Positions 29,329-38,724 of a DNA stretch of 58,866 nucleotides are shown in pieces. Within the stretch, counting starts at the first letter, position 1. Every line of letters starts with the position of its first letter. Position numbers and translations under genes: made by a program. The DNA comes from a virus (taxonomy: Duplodnaviria; Caudoviricetes), in IMG/VR virus record IMGVR_UViG_3300037423_000489, positions 1 through 58,866 of that record; one strand, given 5' to 3'. The notes beneath the pieces are model-generated. The model ran no database searches. It was not told the origin of the DNA and worked only from the letters and a program-made list of their open reading frames with translations.

Positions 29329-30168
29329 CTATTGCGCGGCGGGTTCTGGCATCCAGTGTGTCGGCTGATTAGCTCTACACCAGCCAACTCCCATAATGTG
29401 TTCTTGATCGCAGGACCAATAGGGCTTCGGCTTACTGTTATATTTTTGTTCGCACCAATATCCAAATATCGGCTTGTAACCGCCCATTAAAAGTATGATT
29501 CTGCTTCCATCCTTCGGCGCTGATTCAATAGGCAGCCACTGCGGCACCTGCGAAGGCAGCCGAGTAGCTGCTTGCCAAGCCATCAAAGCGCACTCTTTAT
29601 CTTTCGCATATCCTTTATCGCAGATTGCAGCCCAAGCGGTTTCAAAATCAATCGGTGCTTTGCTGTCTGTATGGGTGGATGCACTTTGAAACACGGAAGG
29701 CGCATGCATGCGCATCCAATAGCCGCCATACTTGTCACAGAATATGGCTTCGGTAATTCCGAGCTGCCCGATTGACACAAAGCAGGTGCGAGTCGTACCA
29801 GAATACAAAACTGATGTCGGAACTGGCTGATGATCTGGATCACCATTCCAATGCCAATACCAGCCTTGTTCTGTCGGTGGAGTTTTGTCCCATTTAGGCT
29901 CTTGCTCACTCCCCGCTTTATCGTCACGCCACTGGTCGATAGGCACATGTTTGGTTGATCCGTCTGGATTCTGGATATACATACCAGTACCGTGATTCAA
30001 AGCATCCTGCACTGCAAGTTCTTTGTCGTCACTGGATGGCGAGAGGGCGGCACGCTGTGAAATTTCAACAAGATAAAGTAACTTGTCTAGCATGTTCCAC
30101 CCATTAGCAGCTCCCACAGCTTGTGCCTCATCAATTAGCTTGATGGCGTCTTTTCGGTTACTTGCCAT
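29329..30168 (-). CDS. Mosaic early protein with DUF551-like C-terminus
   Basis: WLPIESAPKDG...PTHWMP. Confidence 0.7.
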   Translation of the reverse strand: MASNRKDAIKLIDEAQAVGAANGWNMLDKLLYLVEISQRAALSPSSDDKELAVQDALNHGTGMYIQNPDGSTKHVPIDQWRDDKAGSEQEPKWDKTPPTEQGWYWHWNGDPDHQPVPTSVLYSGTTRTCFVSIGQLGITEAIFCDKYGGYWMRMHAPSVFQSASTHTDSKAPIDFETAWAAICDKGYAKDKECALMAWQAATRLPSQVPQWLPIESAPKDGSRIILLMGGYKPIFGYWCEQKYNSKPKPYWSCDQEHIMGVGWCRANQPTHWMPEPAAQ

Positions 30169-30287
30169 TTGTTGGCTCCTTTAATTTCCATACTTTGCAA
30201 TAGCTGAAATGCTGCGTTCTGTATTCATACGCAGAACAAAACGGGCAAGGTCTAGTTGGTGGATAGATTATTGGCTTCTGATTATCG

Positions 30288-31970
30288 TTACTCATCATCC
30301 TGTTCCTTCCCCGTATCGCCTTTAGGCAAATTCAATGCTTGTGTCTGCTCCTTTACTTCATCTGCAAATACAGTTCCAGCTCGGCCAACAGGGTAATATC
30401 CTTGCTTCCCGCATCGCGTACACTTAATCAGAGATTTATCCGGCTCTCGCTTAATCTCTTTCATTGGCGGTCTAAAGTGATGACCTTCGCAGTTCTCATG
30501 CCAGAACGTACTACCTTCTCTGCGGATTTCAATCACAGCATTCCTTTGTTCCTTCCCCGTATTCGATTCTGGTGTTTGCTCCTTTAATTGACGGATGGCG
30601 TTAGCACAATCAATACCATCATCTGTTCTGTCTTCGCCGATTGATCCTTCGTATAACGCTTCGCACACCTTCGCGCATTCTTCAATCACATCAAGTCGAA
30701 GTTGTCGCGCATATTGCGCTTCAGGATCGTCAGCGTATACATTCTGTTTCTTTGCCTCCTTCGATGCGGGTGCGCAGCGGTAGAGGTCTTCGATAAAATC
30801 AGCAGCTTCATTGATGGCTGTATATGCCCATGAATGCAGGTCTGTTAGTTCGCGCAGATTTTCAATATGACGCTTTGCCTCCACCACTTCCTTGCTCTCA
30901 ATAGGAGAGGGTTGGGGTGCTGCGTTCAATGCCTGCAATTGTTCTCCTACAATCTTGAACAATCTGCGCTTGCATTCCTCATAGCCTTTTGTCCAATCAT
31001 CCATGACAACATCATCAGATACTGCATCTTTCAGATAGCCATACAAAGTTGTTTTGCCGTCCGCCATTACAGGCATCGCTCCATGCGTTTGCTCGACAGT
31101 GTTACCAATAGCAAATATACGTTCAACTTTATCGCTATGTGACGCTTGCCAAACTGATGCAATATTCCCGTCATGGCAAAAGTCAATCGCCAAAATCATC
31201 GGCTCAGTGATGGCAATGCGTTTGCCGCCATTTGACATTTTATTGTTTGCACAATCAGGATGCGCACAGTCACGCTGGTAAGCATCGCCAACGACATGCG
31301 GACATTGTTTGCATTCGCCTTGCTGATCAACAGTGGCATAAGGTTGTACCGAATGGCCGACGCCTAGCATGCCACGCTCGGTGCAACCATTGATTATTTT
31401 TTCGCCATTAATAGTAGGCTCGACTGGCTGCGCTTGCTCCGATTGCTGAACCCTACCAGCCAAGCCGTTACCTTCGTTGTGGTCGTAATGCGCTTGCTGA
31501 TCGACAGGGGCGTAATATGCCTTCCCATCTTTCAAGCCGCGAGCGTAGCCTTTTTCTTCTTCACGTCGCAAATCGGTTTGGTGCTTTGAGCGGAGCGCAT
31601 ATAACTCGCGATGCAAGTCAGTATCCTCTTCCTGATAGCGACGCATCAGCGCTTCAGTCTCGCGCAATTCTTTAACGTCAAACTGACATGCAGTTTTTTG
31701 CGCTTGGTTTACACCAAAATGAAGAGCAGCTTGTTCGCTATCAGTAAATACCTCATCACAGTGAAAGCAGCGCCATGATTGCTGCACGACTGGCTGCGCT
31801 TGCTGATCCTTTATGGCCTGTAGGGCGTCACAAATGGTCTTGTATATATCGCTAGCAAGCCAACTTATGCGCGATTTGGAATCTACTGCTAGAACTTGAT
31901 CCAAGTCGTCCTTCATTTCTTCCAACGCCAGCGCCACAGCATCGTTCTGTTGTTTTGGTTGGGCGGTCAT
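30288..31970 (-). CDS. Mosaic early protein (560 aa)
   Basis: Long ORF in tightly packed operon; WRCFHCDE, IEECAKVCE..CANAIR modules. Confidence 0.7.
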   Translation of the reverse strand: MTAQPKQQNDAVALALEEMKDDLDQVLAVDSKSRISWLASDIYKTICDALQAIKDQQAQPVVQQSWRCFHCDEVFTDSEQAALHFGVNQAQKTACQFDVKELRETEALMRRYQEEDTDLHRELYALRSKHQTDLRREEEKGYARGLKDGKAYYAPVDQQAHYDHNEGNGLAGRVQQSEQAQPVEPTINGEKIINGCTERGMLGVGHSVQPYATVDQQGECKQCPHVVGDAYQRDCAHPDCANNKMSNGGKRIAITEPMILAIDFCHDGNIASVWQASHSDKVERIFAIGNTVEQTHGAMPVMADGKTTLYGYLKDAVSDDVVMDDWTKGYEECKRRLFKIVGEQLQALNAAPQPSPIESKEVVEAKRHIENLRELTDLHSWAYTAINEAADFIEDLYRCAPASKEAKKQNVYADDPEAQYARQLRLDVIEECAKVCEALYEGSIGEDRTDDGIDCANAIRQLKEQTPESNTGKEQRNAVIEIRREGSTFWHENCEGHHFRPPMKEIKREPDKSLIKCTRCGKQGYYPVGRAGTVFADEVKEQTQALNLPKGDTGKEQDDE

Positions 31971-32245
31971 GATTTAGCCTTATATATGTGCTCAATACCG
32001 CCAGTCTCGGCAGCAACTTCAGTCCGCGTCAGATAGCCTTTATCGAATAGCTTCTTCAGCCTTGCTGATGCGGATTGAATCGATACGCCAAACACAGCAG
32101 CAACCTGTGGACTACCTGCACCATGCGTTTCAAGTGCAATCCAGCGAAACAAATCAAGCTGTGGTTGGCTCAACATAACAGCCTCAAACGCTTCGCAGTC
32201 GTTCAGGAATTCACGTTGAAGACGTGATAGCCGGTCTTTGCTCAT
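31967..32245 (-). CDS. Winged-HTH protein
   Basis: QVAAVFGVSIQSASARLKKLFDKGYL. Confidence 0.7.
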   Translation of the reverse strand: MSKDRLSRLQREFLNDCEAFEAVMLSQPQLDLFRWIALETHGAGSPQVAAVFGVSIQSASARLKKLFDKGYLTRTEVAAETGGIEHIYKAKS

Positions 32246-32649
32246 GATTGTTTATCTCCCTGCATTGCGATGGCGGCATCGATAGGTTCGAAATTTCTCA
32301 ACACGTTTTTCGTCATGCTATGCGGGTCTGAAAAGCATGTTACGCATGCTCCATTTGGAAAATCTTCCGCATAGTTATGCTTGCAACCACCGCACGATTT
32401 ACGTTGATTCGTTTCCGCATCCTTCTTGTCCTCTGCCTGTTCTGAATGTCCAACGGACGACTGGGCTGAGAGACAGTCACGAACAAACGCGATAACGTCA
32501 TCGTTGTATAAAAACGTTTCTCTTCCATCGAAATCAAAGCCAAGATGCTGCGATGCTTTATCTAAAATCATTTGATCCGTCATCGCATCAGATGCCTGCA
32601 CTTCAGGCTCCTTGTGCGTTGCGGTGTTGATTGTGATGGTCTTTAGCAT
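32242..32649 (-). CDS. Hypothetical protein
   Basis: AAGGA RBS, ATGA overlap; CxxC pairs, IDAAIA end. Confidence 0.6.
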   Translation of the reverse strand: MLKTITINTATHKEPEVQASDAMTDQMILDKASQHLGFDFDGRETFLYNDDVIAFVRDCLSAQSSVGHSEQAEDKKDAETNQRKSCGGCKHNYAEDFPNGACVTCFSDPHSMTKNVLRNFEPIDAAIAMQGDKQS

Positions 32650-32666
32650 TTTTGTTCCTTTAAACT

Positions 32667-32790
32667 TGGTGCTGCCGACTGGAGTCGAACCAGTACATTT
32701 AGTGCACTAAATATGAGATGTTTAACGGTGCTACCGTTACCCATTGCTCACCTCTCATTATGGAGCGCTCTACCATTAAGCTACAGCAGC
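32667..32790 (-). ncRNA. tRNA-like RNA (124 nt) with expanded anticodon region
   Basis: Acceptor GCTGCTG/CGGCAGC+ACCA, D arm TAGCTTAATGGTAGAGC, T arm ACTGG-TTCGACT-CCAGT; ~65-nt hairpin-rich insert in between. Confidence 0.8.
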
Positions 32791-32797
32791 GAAACTC

Positions 32798-33049
32798 TTA
32801 CTCGACTTGCGCCGCAGCCATCGAAGCTGCGAGAACGCGAAGCCAACAGGTCAACGATATTCCGTGGAATTTCTTATCGATAGCACCACGTTGCGCTGCT
32901 TCCTCTTCGCCACGTGCCCATCGTTGTAATGCATATTCAATCACCATTTTTGTTTCTGGTTCTATATATCCGCATGCTTCGAGTTCGCGCATACCTGCTG
33001 ATATGTCAAGTTGATCAACATTAAATCCGGGCACAAGTCCTATTCTCAT
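32798..33049 (-). CDS. Hypothetical protein
   Basis: GGAG RBS before MRIGLVPG; operon context. Confidence 0.6.
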   Translation of the reverse strand: MRIGLVPGFNVDQLDISAGMRELEACGYIEPETKMVIEYALQRWARGEEEAAQRGAIDKKFHGISLTCWLRVLAASMAAAQVE

Positions 33050-33071
33050 TTTGTTTCTCCGGTTGGCGGCG

Positions 33072-33464
33072 TCAGAACTTAGGACACCAGTTGTTATTAA
33101 GATGCATACGCAAGCCAATCAAATCGAAATCTGCCTCTTTGCAAAACGGGCAGATGGCGCTTTGTGCAGCACGCCAGATAGCAACAATATCGTTTGCCTC
33201 GGTGTGCATTGTGTGACCACTCAAAAGGTCGTCTGCAACCATTGGATTGGTGTGAGGCATAGCTGCCACAGCTAGGCGAATAATTTGCTTATCGCTCGCG
33301 TCATGCTGGCTGCTTGCTGGCTCTTCCTTGGATGTGGAGAGAAGTTCAATTGCATTTTGCAACTTGATCGCGTTGAACGTCGCCCCGTTAGTGCCGACTG
33401 GAATTGTCCGCTCGATCCAGTCGCGCACTTCTTCCAACGCCTGTCTAACTTTATCGTTGATCAT
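33072..33464 (-). CDS. Hypothetical protein with C-terminal Zn finger
   Basis: CPFC..DFDLIGL..HL..WC. Confidence 0.6.
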   Translation of the reverse strand: MINDKVRQALEEVRDWIERTIPVGTNGATFNAIKLQNAIELLSTSKEEPASSQHDASDKQIIRLAVAAMPHTNPMVADDLLSGHTMHTEANDIVAIWRAAQSAICPFCKEADFDLIGLRMHLNNNWCPKF

Positions 33465-33467
33465 GAT

Positions 33468-33596
33468 TTACTCAATCTCCGCTTGTTTTCTGCATTTCGA
33501 GCATTCAAGCCAACTGTCATAATTCACATAGCTGCCTTGCAGCTTTAAATCATGCCCGCCTGTCAATTGGCACCATATTCTTTTAAGTAATCTCAT
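33468..33596 (-). CDS. Small Cys/His protein (42 aa)
   Basis: Hand translation MRLLKRIWCQLTGGH..ECSKC; ATGA overlap with upstream stop. Confidence 0.55.
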   Translation of the reverse strand: MRLLKRIWCQLTGGHDLKLQGSYVNYDSWLECSKCRKQAEIE

Positions 33597-34063
33597 ACTT
33601 CACCTTTATTCTTTTCGATTGCTTGCAATGCGTATAAATCAATAGCGGGACAGCCAGCATCGCGCCATTTCTGTAACTGCTCATCTGTCATTTGGAAAGA
33701 TGGCACGTTGCCCAATGAATGCTCTCGGAGCGTTGCAACCAGCACAGGCAACGGCGGCAATTCAACAGGCTCTTGCGCCATCTTCTCGGCTTCGGCATTA
33801 CTATTTTCTGCATTTGATAATTTATTCAGAAATGCTTTTACATCTTCTTGGCTTGCATTACCTTCCGCTCTTGCTGCATCTGCCATAGCCAACCATCTTC
33901 TATCTTCAAGATACAATTCATCGACTTTATTTTTTGCTTCCTCGATGGCTTGATAAACTTTGGTTCCATACCAAAGATTTTGATCAGATATAACCTCGCT
34001 ATCATGAATAGCAAATATTGTCCTGATGATTTCGATCAGAACTTGTTCGCGTGGGGTGTTCAT
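33593..34063 (-). CDS. Hypothetical protein
   Basis: Overlap-coupled ORF in early operon. Confidence 0.6.
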   Translation of the reverse strand: MNTPREQVLIEIIRTIFAIHDSEVISDQNLWYGTKVYQAIEEAKNKVDELYLEDRRWLAMADAARAEGNASQEDVKAFLNKLSNAENSNAEAEKMAQEPVELPPLPVLVATLREHSLGNVPSFQMTDEQLQKWRDAGCPAIDLYALQAIEKNKGEV

Positions 34064-34617
34064 GATTTCTCTGTCTCCGCTCCGTGTGCCTCAAGCCATG
34101 TGTCAAGACGTTTCCTTGCATAGGGCGCAAGCGGCTTGTCACGCTCATATAAAGACACATGCGTGTAATCTACGCCGGCCTCTCTTGCGACATCGGTTTG
34201 TGTCATTCCGAAGGCTGTCCGCAACGCGAATAGTGTTTTCACGCTTCCAAAATCGGCATGCTCGTTTTTCATGTGCTCACGAAGGTTTGCGAAGCTACGA
34301 TTGCAGCATGGGCACACGCCATTCATTACGCGTTCGCGCATCTTCTTGTGAGCGCGTGTAATGTTATTGCGCTCGGTTTCTGCCTTTTCAGCTCTCAACT
34401 CGGCGGAATGGAGCATCTCTTCTTTCCTGTCGAGTTCTTCTCTAAGTTTTTGCGCCTCAGTCGGCCCGCTATATGCTTGACTATGGCCATTCGGGCAGTA
34501 AAAAGTCTCCCTGTCTTTTATGCGGCGTTCTCTATAGTCATTTGCTAATGCATATTGAACTCCGCAATTGGAGCAATTAATCACATGAAACCAAGTGTTT
34601 TCTGCAAAAGAGGCCAT
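34060..34617 (-). CDS. Zn-finger plus XRE HTH protein
   Basis: CSNC, FYCPNGH, CPCC..H..H, then LRTAFGMTQTDVAREAGV..SLYE. Confidence 0.75.
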   Translation of the reverse strand: MASFAENTWFHVINCSNCGVQYALANDYRERRIKDRETFYCPNGHSQAYSGPTEAQKLREELDRKEEMLHSAELRAEKAETERNNITRAHKKMRERVMNGVCPCCNRSFANLREHMKNEHADFGSVKTLFALRTAFGMTQTDVAREAGVDYTHVSLYERDKPLAPYARKRLDTWLEAHGAETEKS

Positions 34618-34953
34618 CACTTCCCTCCACCCAATAAATAAACAACACAATAAGCACCACGCACTAGACCAGTAATTTCCTCAACCGGACAGCCTCGCTC
34701 CTCATACCACCGCATCACGGCATAAGAGTTCGTTGTCGCCGGACCGGCTTTATTCGGTAGCTTGATTCGCCAGGTGCGGAGTGGGTCGGTCATGCTGGCA
34801 CCTTGTAAATAGTTGATCCCGTATGCCGAAACATAGCGTTATAAGAATTGAGTGATTCTGTGCGGTCATATCCACCGAACTCGTGCTGGCGCAAGCGCTG
34901 CAAGTAGCGGCTGCGTGCATACTTTCCTGCTGAGATATGGTTTGGCCAGATGA

Positions 34954-35253
34954 TCAGCATTTTGTAACCTTGATTTCTGATTCACATTGCTGACACTCTT
35001 TAATCGAAGGAATTCCATGTGAGCAATTGCGCAGTTCAAAAGCATCTTCTGCGGACATTCCGCGCTTCAGACGCTTGCCAATTGTCTGCGGAGTGAAACC
35101 ATACGTGCGGCACCATTCAGAAAGCGTCTTGGTTGCCCCGTTTAACGTAATCAGGTTATTGCGGCGCGTATTGCTGTTTTGCTCGACTGATGTCGCCCAA
35201 TAACAATTGCTCGGCTCGTAGTTGCCGTTGGTATCGCGTCGTTCAATGCTCAT
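34954..35253 (-). pseudogene. C-terminal half of an HNH homing endonuclease
   Basis: Begins abruptly at SIERRDTNGNYEPSNCYWAT..EQ..N, an internal HNH motif. Confidence 0.6.
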
Positions 35254-35531
35254 AGCGTCACTTCCGGAACTGTGATGAATTCACTTTTCGCGATAGCAGC
35301 GGCGCTGATCTTTGCGCGCAGATCGCTAGCCAGAGCAGGGTATTCATCAGCACAGGAATCGGCATACGTCGCAAGCGCAGCAATCGCATGTTTGTCCGTG
35401 GTGAGATTGAGCACAAAATATTCATCATGCTCATGCTTGCCGCCTGTTTGATCTTTTCCATCGGTGCGGCTGACATTGAATTTGTGGTAAAGGCCGATGC
35501 TCTTTTGATCGATTTCAGTTATTGCATTCAT
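35250..35531 (-). CDS. Hypothetical protein, probably C-terminally truncated
   Basis: GLYHKFNVSRTDG..YFVL..DKHA..YA domain; ends FITVPEVTL. Confidence 0.6.
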   Translation of the reverse strand: MNAITEIDQKSIGLYHKFNVSRTDGKDQTGGKHEHDEYFVLNLTTDKHAIAALATYADSCADEYPALASDLRAKISAAAIAKSEFITVPEVTL

Positions 35532-35564
35532 TTTTACTCCTTTGTTGTACATACACAGTTAAAT

Positions 35565-35642
35565 TGGTGGGGCTACTTCCGTTTCACTACTTCGCTTACG
35601 CCAGGGAGGAAAGCGGACTTTTCGCTAGTTTGTTTTCGCCCC
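35565..35642 (-). ncRNA. 78-nt structured RNA closing GGGGC/GCCCC + ACCA
   Basis: Terminal stem flanked by GAA/AGTA (loop-E-like), inner CGCTT/AAGCG stem; intergenic after ssb. Confidence 0.55.
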
Positions 35643-35651
35643 GGTGATTTT

Positions 35652-36134
35652 TTAAAACGGAATATCGTCGTCCATATCCGAAAAGTTCGGCGCAGGTTTG
35701 GATGCAGCCGGACGCGATGCACCACCGCCTGTATTTTGGCGCGCTGGCGGCGCACTGCCGTAATCATCATCCATCGATGCGCTGCCGCCGCCCATGCCTT
35801 GACGGCTGCCGAGCATTTGCATCGTGTCGGCGATGATCTCGGTCGTGTAGCGCTCGACGCCATCCTTGTCGGTCCATTTGCGCGTTTGCAAACGACCTTC
35901 GACATACACTTGCGAACCCTTCTTCAGATATTGCCCGGCGATTTCCGCCAGCTTGCGATAGAAGGTGATGCGATGCCATTCGGTCAGCTCTTTCTTTTCG
36001 CCGCTCGCCTTGTCTTTCCAGCTCTCCGTCGTCGCGACCGCAATATTGGTCACTGCCTCACCGTTCGGCATGTAACGTGTTTCCGGATCGCGCCCCAAAT
36101 TGCCGACGATGATGACTTTGTTTATGCTTGCCAT
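35652..36134 (-). CDS. ssb: Single-stranded DNA-binding protein
   Basis: [37 protein letters not shown] tail. Confidence 0.97.
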   Translation of the reverse strand: MASINKVIIVGNLGRDPETRYMPNGEAVTNIAVATTESWKDKASGEKKELTEWHRITFYRKLAEIAGQYLKKGSQVYVEGRLQTRKWTDKDGVERYTTEIIADTMQMLGSRQGMGGGSASMDDDYGSAPPARQNTGGGASRPAASKPAPNFSDMDDDIPF

Positions 36135-36142
36135 GATTTTTC

Positions 36143-36784
36143 CTATACCGTATGTTCAAGTTGAATTTTTTCCACCAAGTGTTCCAGGTACTGATTTGCC
36201 GCCTCTACCTTGAACTTGATTTTGTCCTCCAGTGATTTGTCTCGAACAAATGGAGCAATTGTGATGCGAAGCGTTTCTTCAATGTGATCAACGTAGTGCA
36301 GCTCTTCCTGTTCAAACTTGATTAATTCATCTGGGGTATTCACCATGCAGAACGCAACATCAAAATAATCAACGTCCCAAAGCATCATGTATGCACGGCC
36401 TTGCCAGTCGTAACCGCGTTCCTTGCATGCTGCGAGAGCCGATGCTGTGGTTGCCGGGAACGTTGCGAGTGACCAAGGCGCCTTGATGTCGATAATCTTT
36501 GTGCCTGTGAAGATGTCACATTCACCAGTCACCCAGTCGTTCTCTTTTCGCTCCTTGTTCTTCTTGTGATTGGTAAAAAACACGGAGTTGTATAGAGCTA
36601 TCGCCTCATCTTCAACAATGATCCCCTTGTCCATTTCCTTGCCTGAGATGACCTGATTGAAGCTATATACATATTCCTTCGCCATCTTTTCAAGAAACGT
36701 TTTTGCCCCAACGGAAAGAACCTCGGATTTCTCTTTTGGCTCTGTCATAATCTGACTCAAAGACGATGCGCGAATGCGGATCAT
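36143..36784 (-). CDS. YqaJ/lambda-Exo-like nuclease
   Basis: IRASS, TGECD, IIDIK, YDWQ..YM PD-(D/E)xK motifs. Confidence 0.8.
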   Translation of the reverse strand: MIRIRASSLSQIMTEPKEKSEVLSVGAKTFLEKMAKEYVYSFNQVISGKEMDKGIIVEDEAIALYNSVFFTNHKKNKERKENDWVTGECDIFTGTKIIDIKAPWSLATFPATTASALAACKERGYDWQGRAYMMLWDVDYFDVAFCMVNTPDELIKFEQEELHYVDHIEETLRITIAPFVRDKSLEDKIKFKVEAANQYLEHLVEKIQLEHTV

Positions 36785-37266
36785 GCTGTCTCCCTCAATG
36801 CTTCAGTTAGTTTTCGTTCCTGCTCATCGGTCAACGCAAAACCATCGCGTAGCTTTTCAGCGGTGTATCCCCCGTTTTTGACTGCTTGCAATGCCTTATT
36901 GAAGCGCGCTTCTGCGATGACAGGCTTTTGTTGTGTTGGAATCGCTGGTCTAATACGGATGCACTCAACAATTTCGCCCCCCATCTTCGTAGTGCTGGCA
37001 AACAAAGTAATTTGCTTTCCGCGCCAGTCTTCGATATACGGCCCATAGAGTTTGTGAATTGTTTTTGAATTGGTGACATTCAAAATTAGCGGCTTCGCGT
37101 TGACTAAATGTGCGACAGTACATTCATCTTCTTTTCCGCCAGGACCTTTTACTTTTTCAAGTCGCACAAAATCAATCGTCACGGTAATGTCATTCCCATC
37201 AGGTAGTGCATATGCGCCAATGTAGTCAGGGTTTACCAGTTGCTTCCAATGTGTCTTGTTGCTCAT
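36781..37266 (-). CDS. Putative recombination / ssDNA-binding protein
   Basis: THWK..PDYIGAY, KPLILNVTN, IEDW.GK.ITL; adjacent to exonuclease and ssb. Confidence 0.6.
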   Translation of the reverse strand: MSNKTHWKQLVNPDYIGAYALPDGNDITVTIDFVRLEKVKGPGGKEDECTVAHLVNAKPLILNVTNSKTIHKLYGPYIEDWRGKQITLFASTTKMGGEIVECIRIRPAIPTQQKPVIAEARFNKALQAVKNGGYTAEKLRDGFALTDEQERKLTEALRETA

Positions 37267-37314
37267 GTCATACCTTTCTGGCGGAGTTTCTAGCCGCCGT
37301 TGGTTTTAATGCGA

Positions 37315-37536
37315 TTACCGCAAAGCTGATCTGCGAGACCTAATCAACGCCGCCTGCATTTGGTAATGCGCAGCGTTATGACTGGATTCCTTCGCCTTCT
37401 TGTCCTCAGTCTCTGCGCACATCGTGTAGTGCTCTTCCCACTTGAGCAGATACCAGCGCTTTATTGGCTTGGTGATGAGGTCGAGCTGCAGTGCGAGAAG
37501 TTCTTTCAGGCTCATGGTCTTTAAGTTGTTCATCAA
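37315..37536 (-). CDS. Hypothetical protein
   Basis: ORF in early operon orientation. Confidence 0.45.
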   Translation of the reverse strand: MMNNLKTMSLKELLALQLDLITKPIKRWYLLKWEEHYTMCAETEDKKAKESSHNAAHYQMQAALIRSRRSALR

Positions 37537-37811
37537 AACACCGTGTGGATGAGGATGTCACCGAGAATGAAAACAGTCCAAATTGCGAGGACAGTCCCTG
37601 TGACTTTTTCTGTCGAGCTCATAGCGCGATTACCGTGACAGCGCACACGCCGAAAAGATCGATCGCATCTGCAGCAATGTCCAAGCTGCTGCGACCGATG
37701 GTCGCGTATTGAAAGTGTTCGGTTTCAGTTTTGACTTTTACGAGATACTTACTCATGGAATCTCCCTGTTTTATGCGCGGTCACAGCTGACGCCGTGACC
37801 TGTGACCCGTG

Positions 37812-38705
37812 TCAAGAGACCTTCTTGGTGCTGCGGAAGCCGACGTAGCCGTACCCGAGGTGCGGCCAGCCGAAGTTGAGATTGAACACGCCGGCACAGT
37901 CGCCCGAGTCCCAGTAGCCGCCGCGGATGAGCGCAAGGCCGGACCAATCACGAGCACCATCCGGACGCCAACCACCGCCTTGTTGTTGAGTGAATTGAGA
38001 ACCAACTGTGAGATAGGGAGAATCAGCAGAAATTTTCCCGGCCTGACTATCCGCATTGCCTGGAAGGTCGTTTAACATCCAACTGAATAAATGGCCGGAA
38101 AAATCATAGATGCGATCGCCAGTGGATAAAACATGCCAGCGGCGCTCCAAGGAATTGTGCGGCACGTAATCATTTCTCTGCGAGCCTGATACAGAACCTT
38201 TATGCAGTCCGCGATAGATATGACCTTTGCCGACTTTGCCGCCGGTCCAGTTCTCATCCTGATTGGCGATGTCCCATGCAAGTGCAAGATGCTGGCTGCC
38301 GCAAATAAGATCGCCGCCATCCGCTTGGCATGCCTTGCGCGAATCGTAGAAATTGATTTTGACGCGCGGCGTTTCCGCTTCAGAAACGTATGCCTTGCCA
38401 TCGGCATTGACGCAGTTCATATATTGCGCGACTTGGAATGCGGGAACGACGATGCCGTTCGGGAGCGTTGTGGTAGGGAAGTTCAAATAACCTGACGAAG
38501 CAACCGGTGCAAGCAGTTGCTCAATCACCGAAGGCGTGCCATCGACGATCAAACCGATCTCACGCATGACGATCAGATAGACTCCTGTCTCAGGATGAAC
38601 GAGCTTTGTCAGTCCATTCCACTCGCTTTCGATTTCCAATCCATGCAAAGTGATGCCTGGAAGTTTTGCACTCAGAATGCGCTTTTCGGTTAATTCGATA
38701 TACAT
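37812..38705 (-). CDS. C-type-lectin-fold (FGE/Mtd-like) protein with DGR-type variable C-terminus
   Basis: IYDFSGHLFSW and terminal ALIRGGYW..AGVFNL..VGFRS motifs. Confidence 0.75.
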   Translation of the reverse strand: MYIELTEKRILSAKLPGITLHGLEIESEWNGLTKLVHPETGVYLIVMREIGLIVDGTPSVIEQLLAPVASSGYLNFPTTTLPNGIVVPAFQVAQYMNCVNADGKAYVSEAETPRVKINFYDSRKACQADGGDLICGSQHLALAWDIANQDENWTGGKVGKGHIYRGLHKGSVSGSQRNDYVPHNSLERRWHVLSTGDRIYDFSGHLFSWMLNDLPGNADSQAGKISADSPYLTVGSQFTQQQGGGWRPDGARDWSGLALIRGGYWDSGDCAGVFNLNFGWPHLGYGYVGFRSTKKVS

Positions 38706-38724
38706 TTCTTCCCCTGTTTAAAAT

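Noticed and set aside
29274-29465. N-terminal extension of the methyltransferase ORF
   Set aside because: Overlaps the upstream gene; family motif and RBS point to the ATG at 29273
32667-32790. Calling the tRNA-like RNA tRNA-Ala(AGC) or tmRNA
   Set aside because: The AGC loop is not in canonical position, there is no G3:U70 pair and no tag ORF
35388-36164. 258-aa plus-strand ORF opposite ssb
   Set aside because: Antisense shadow of ssb
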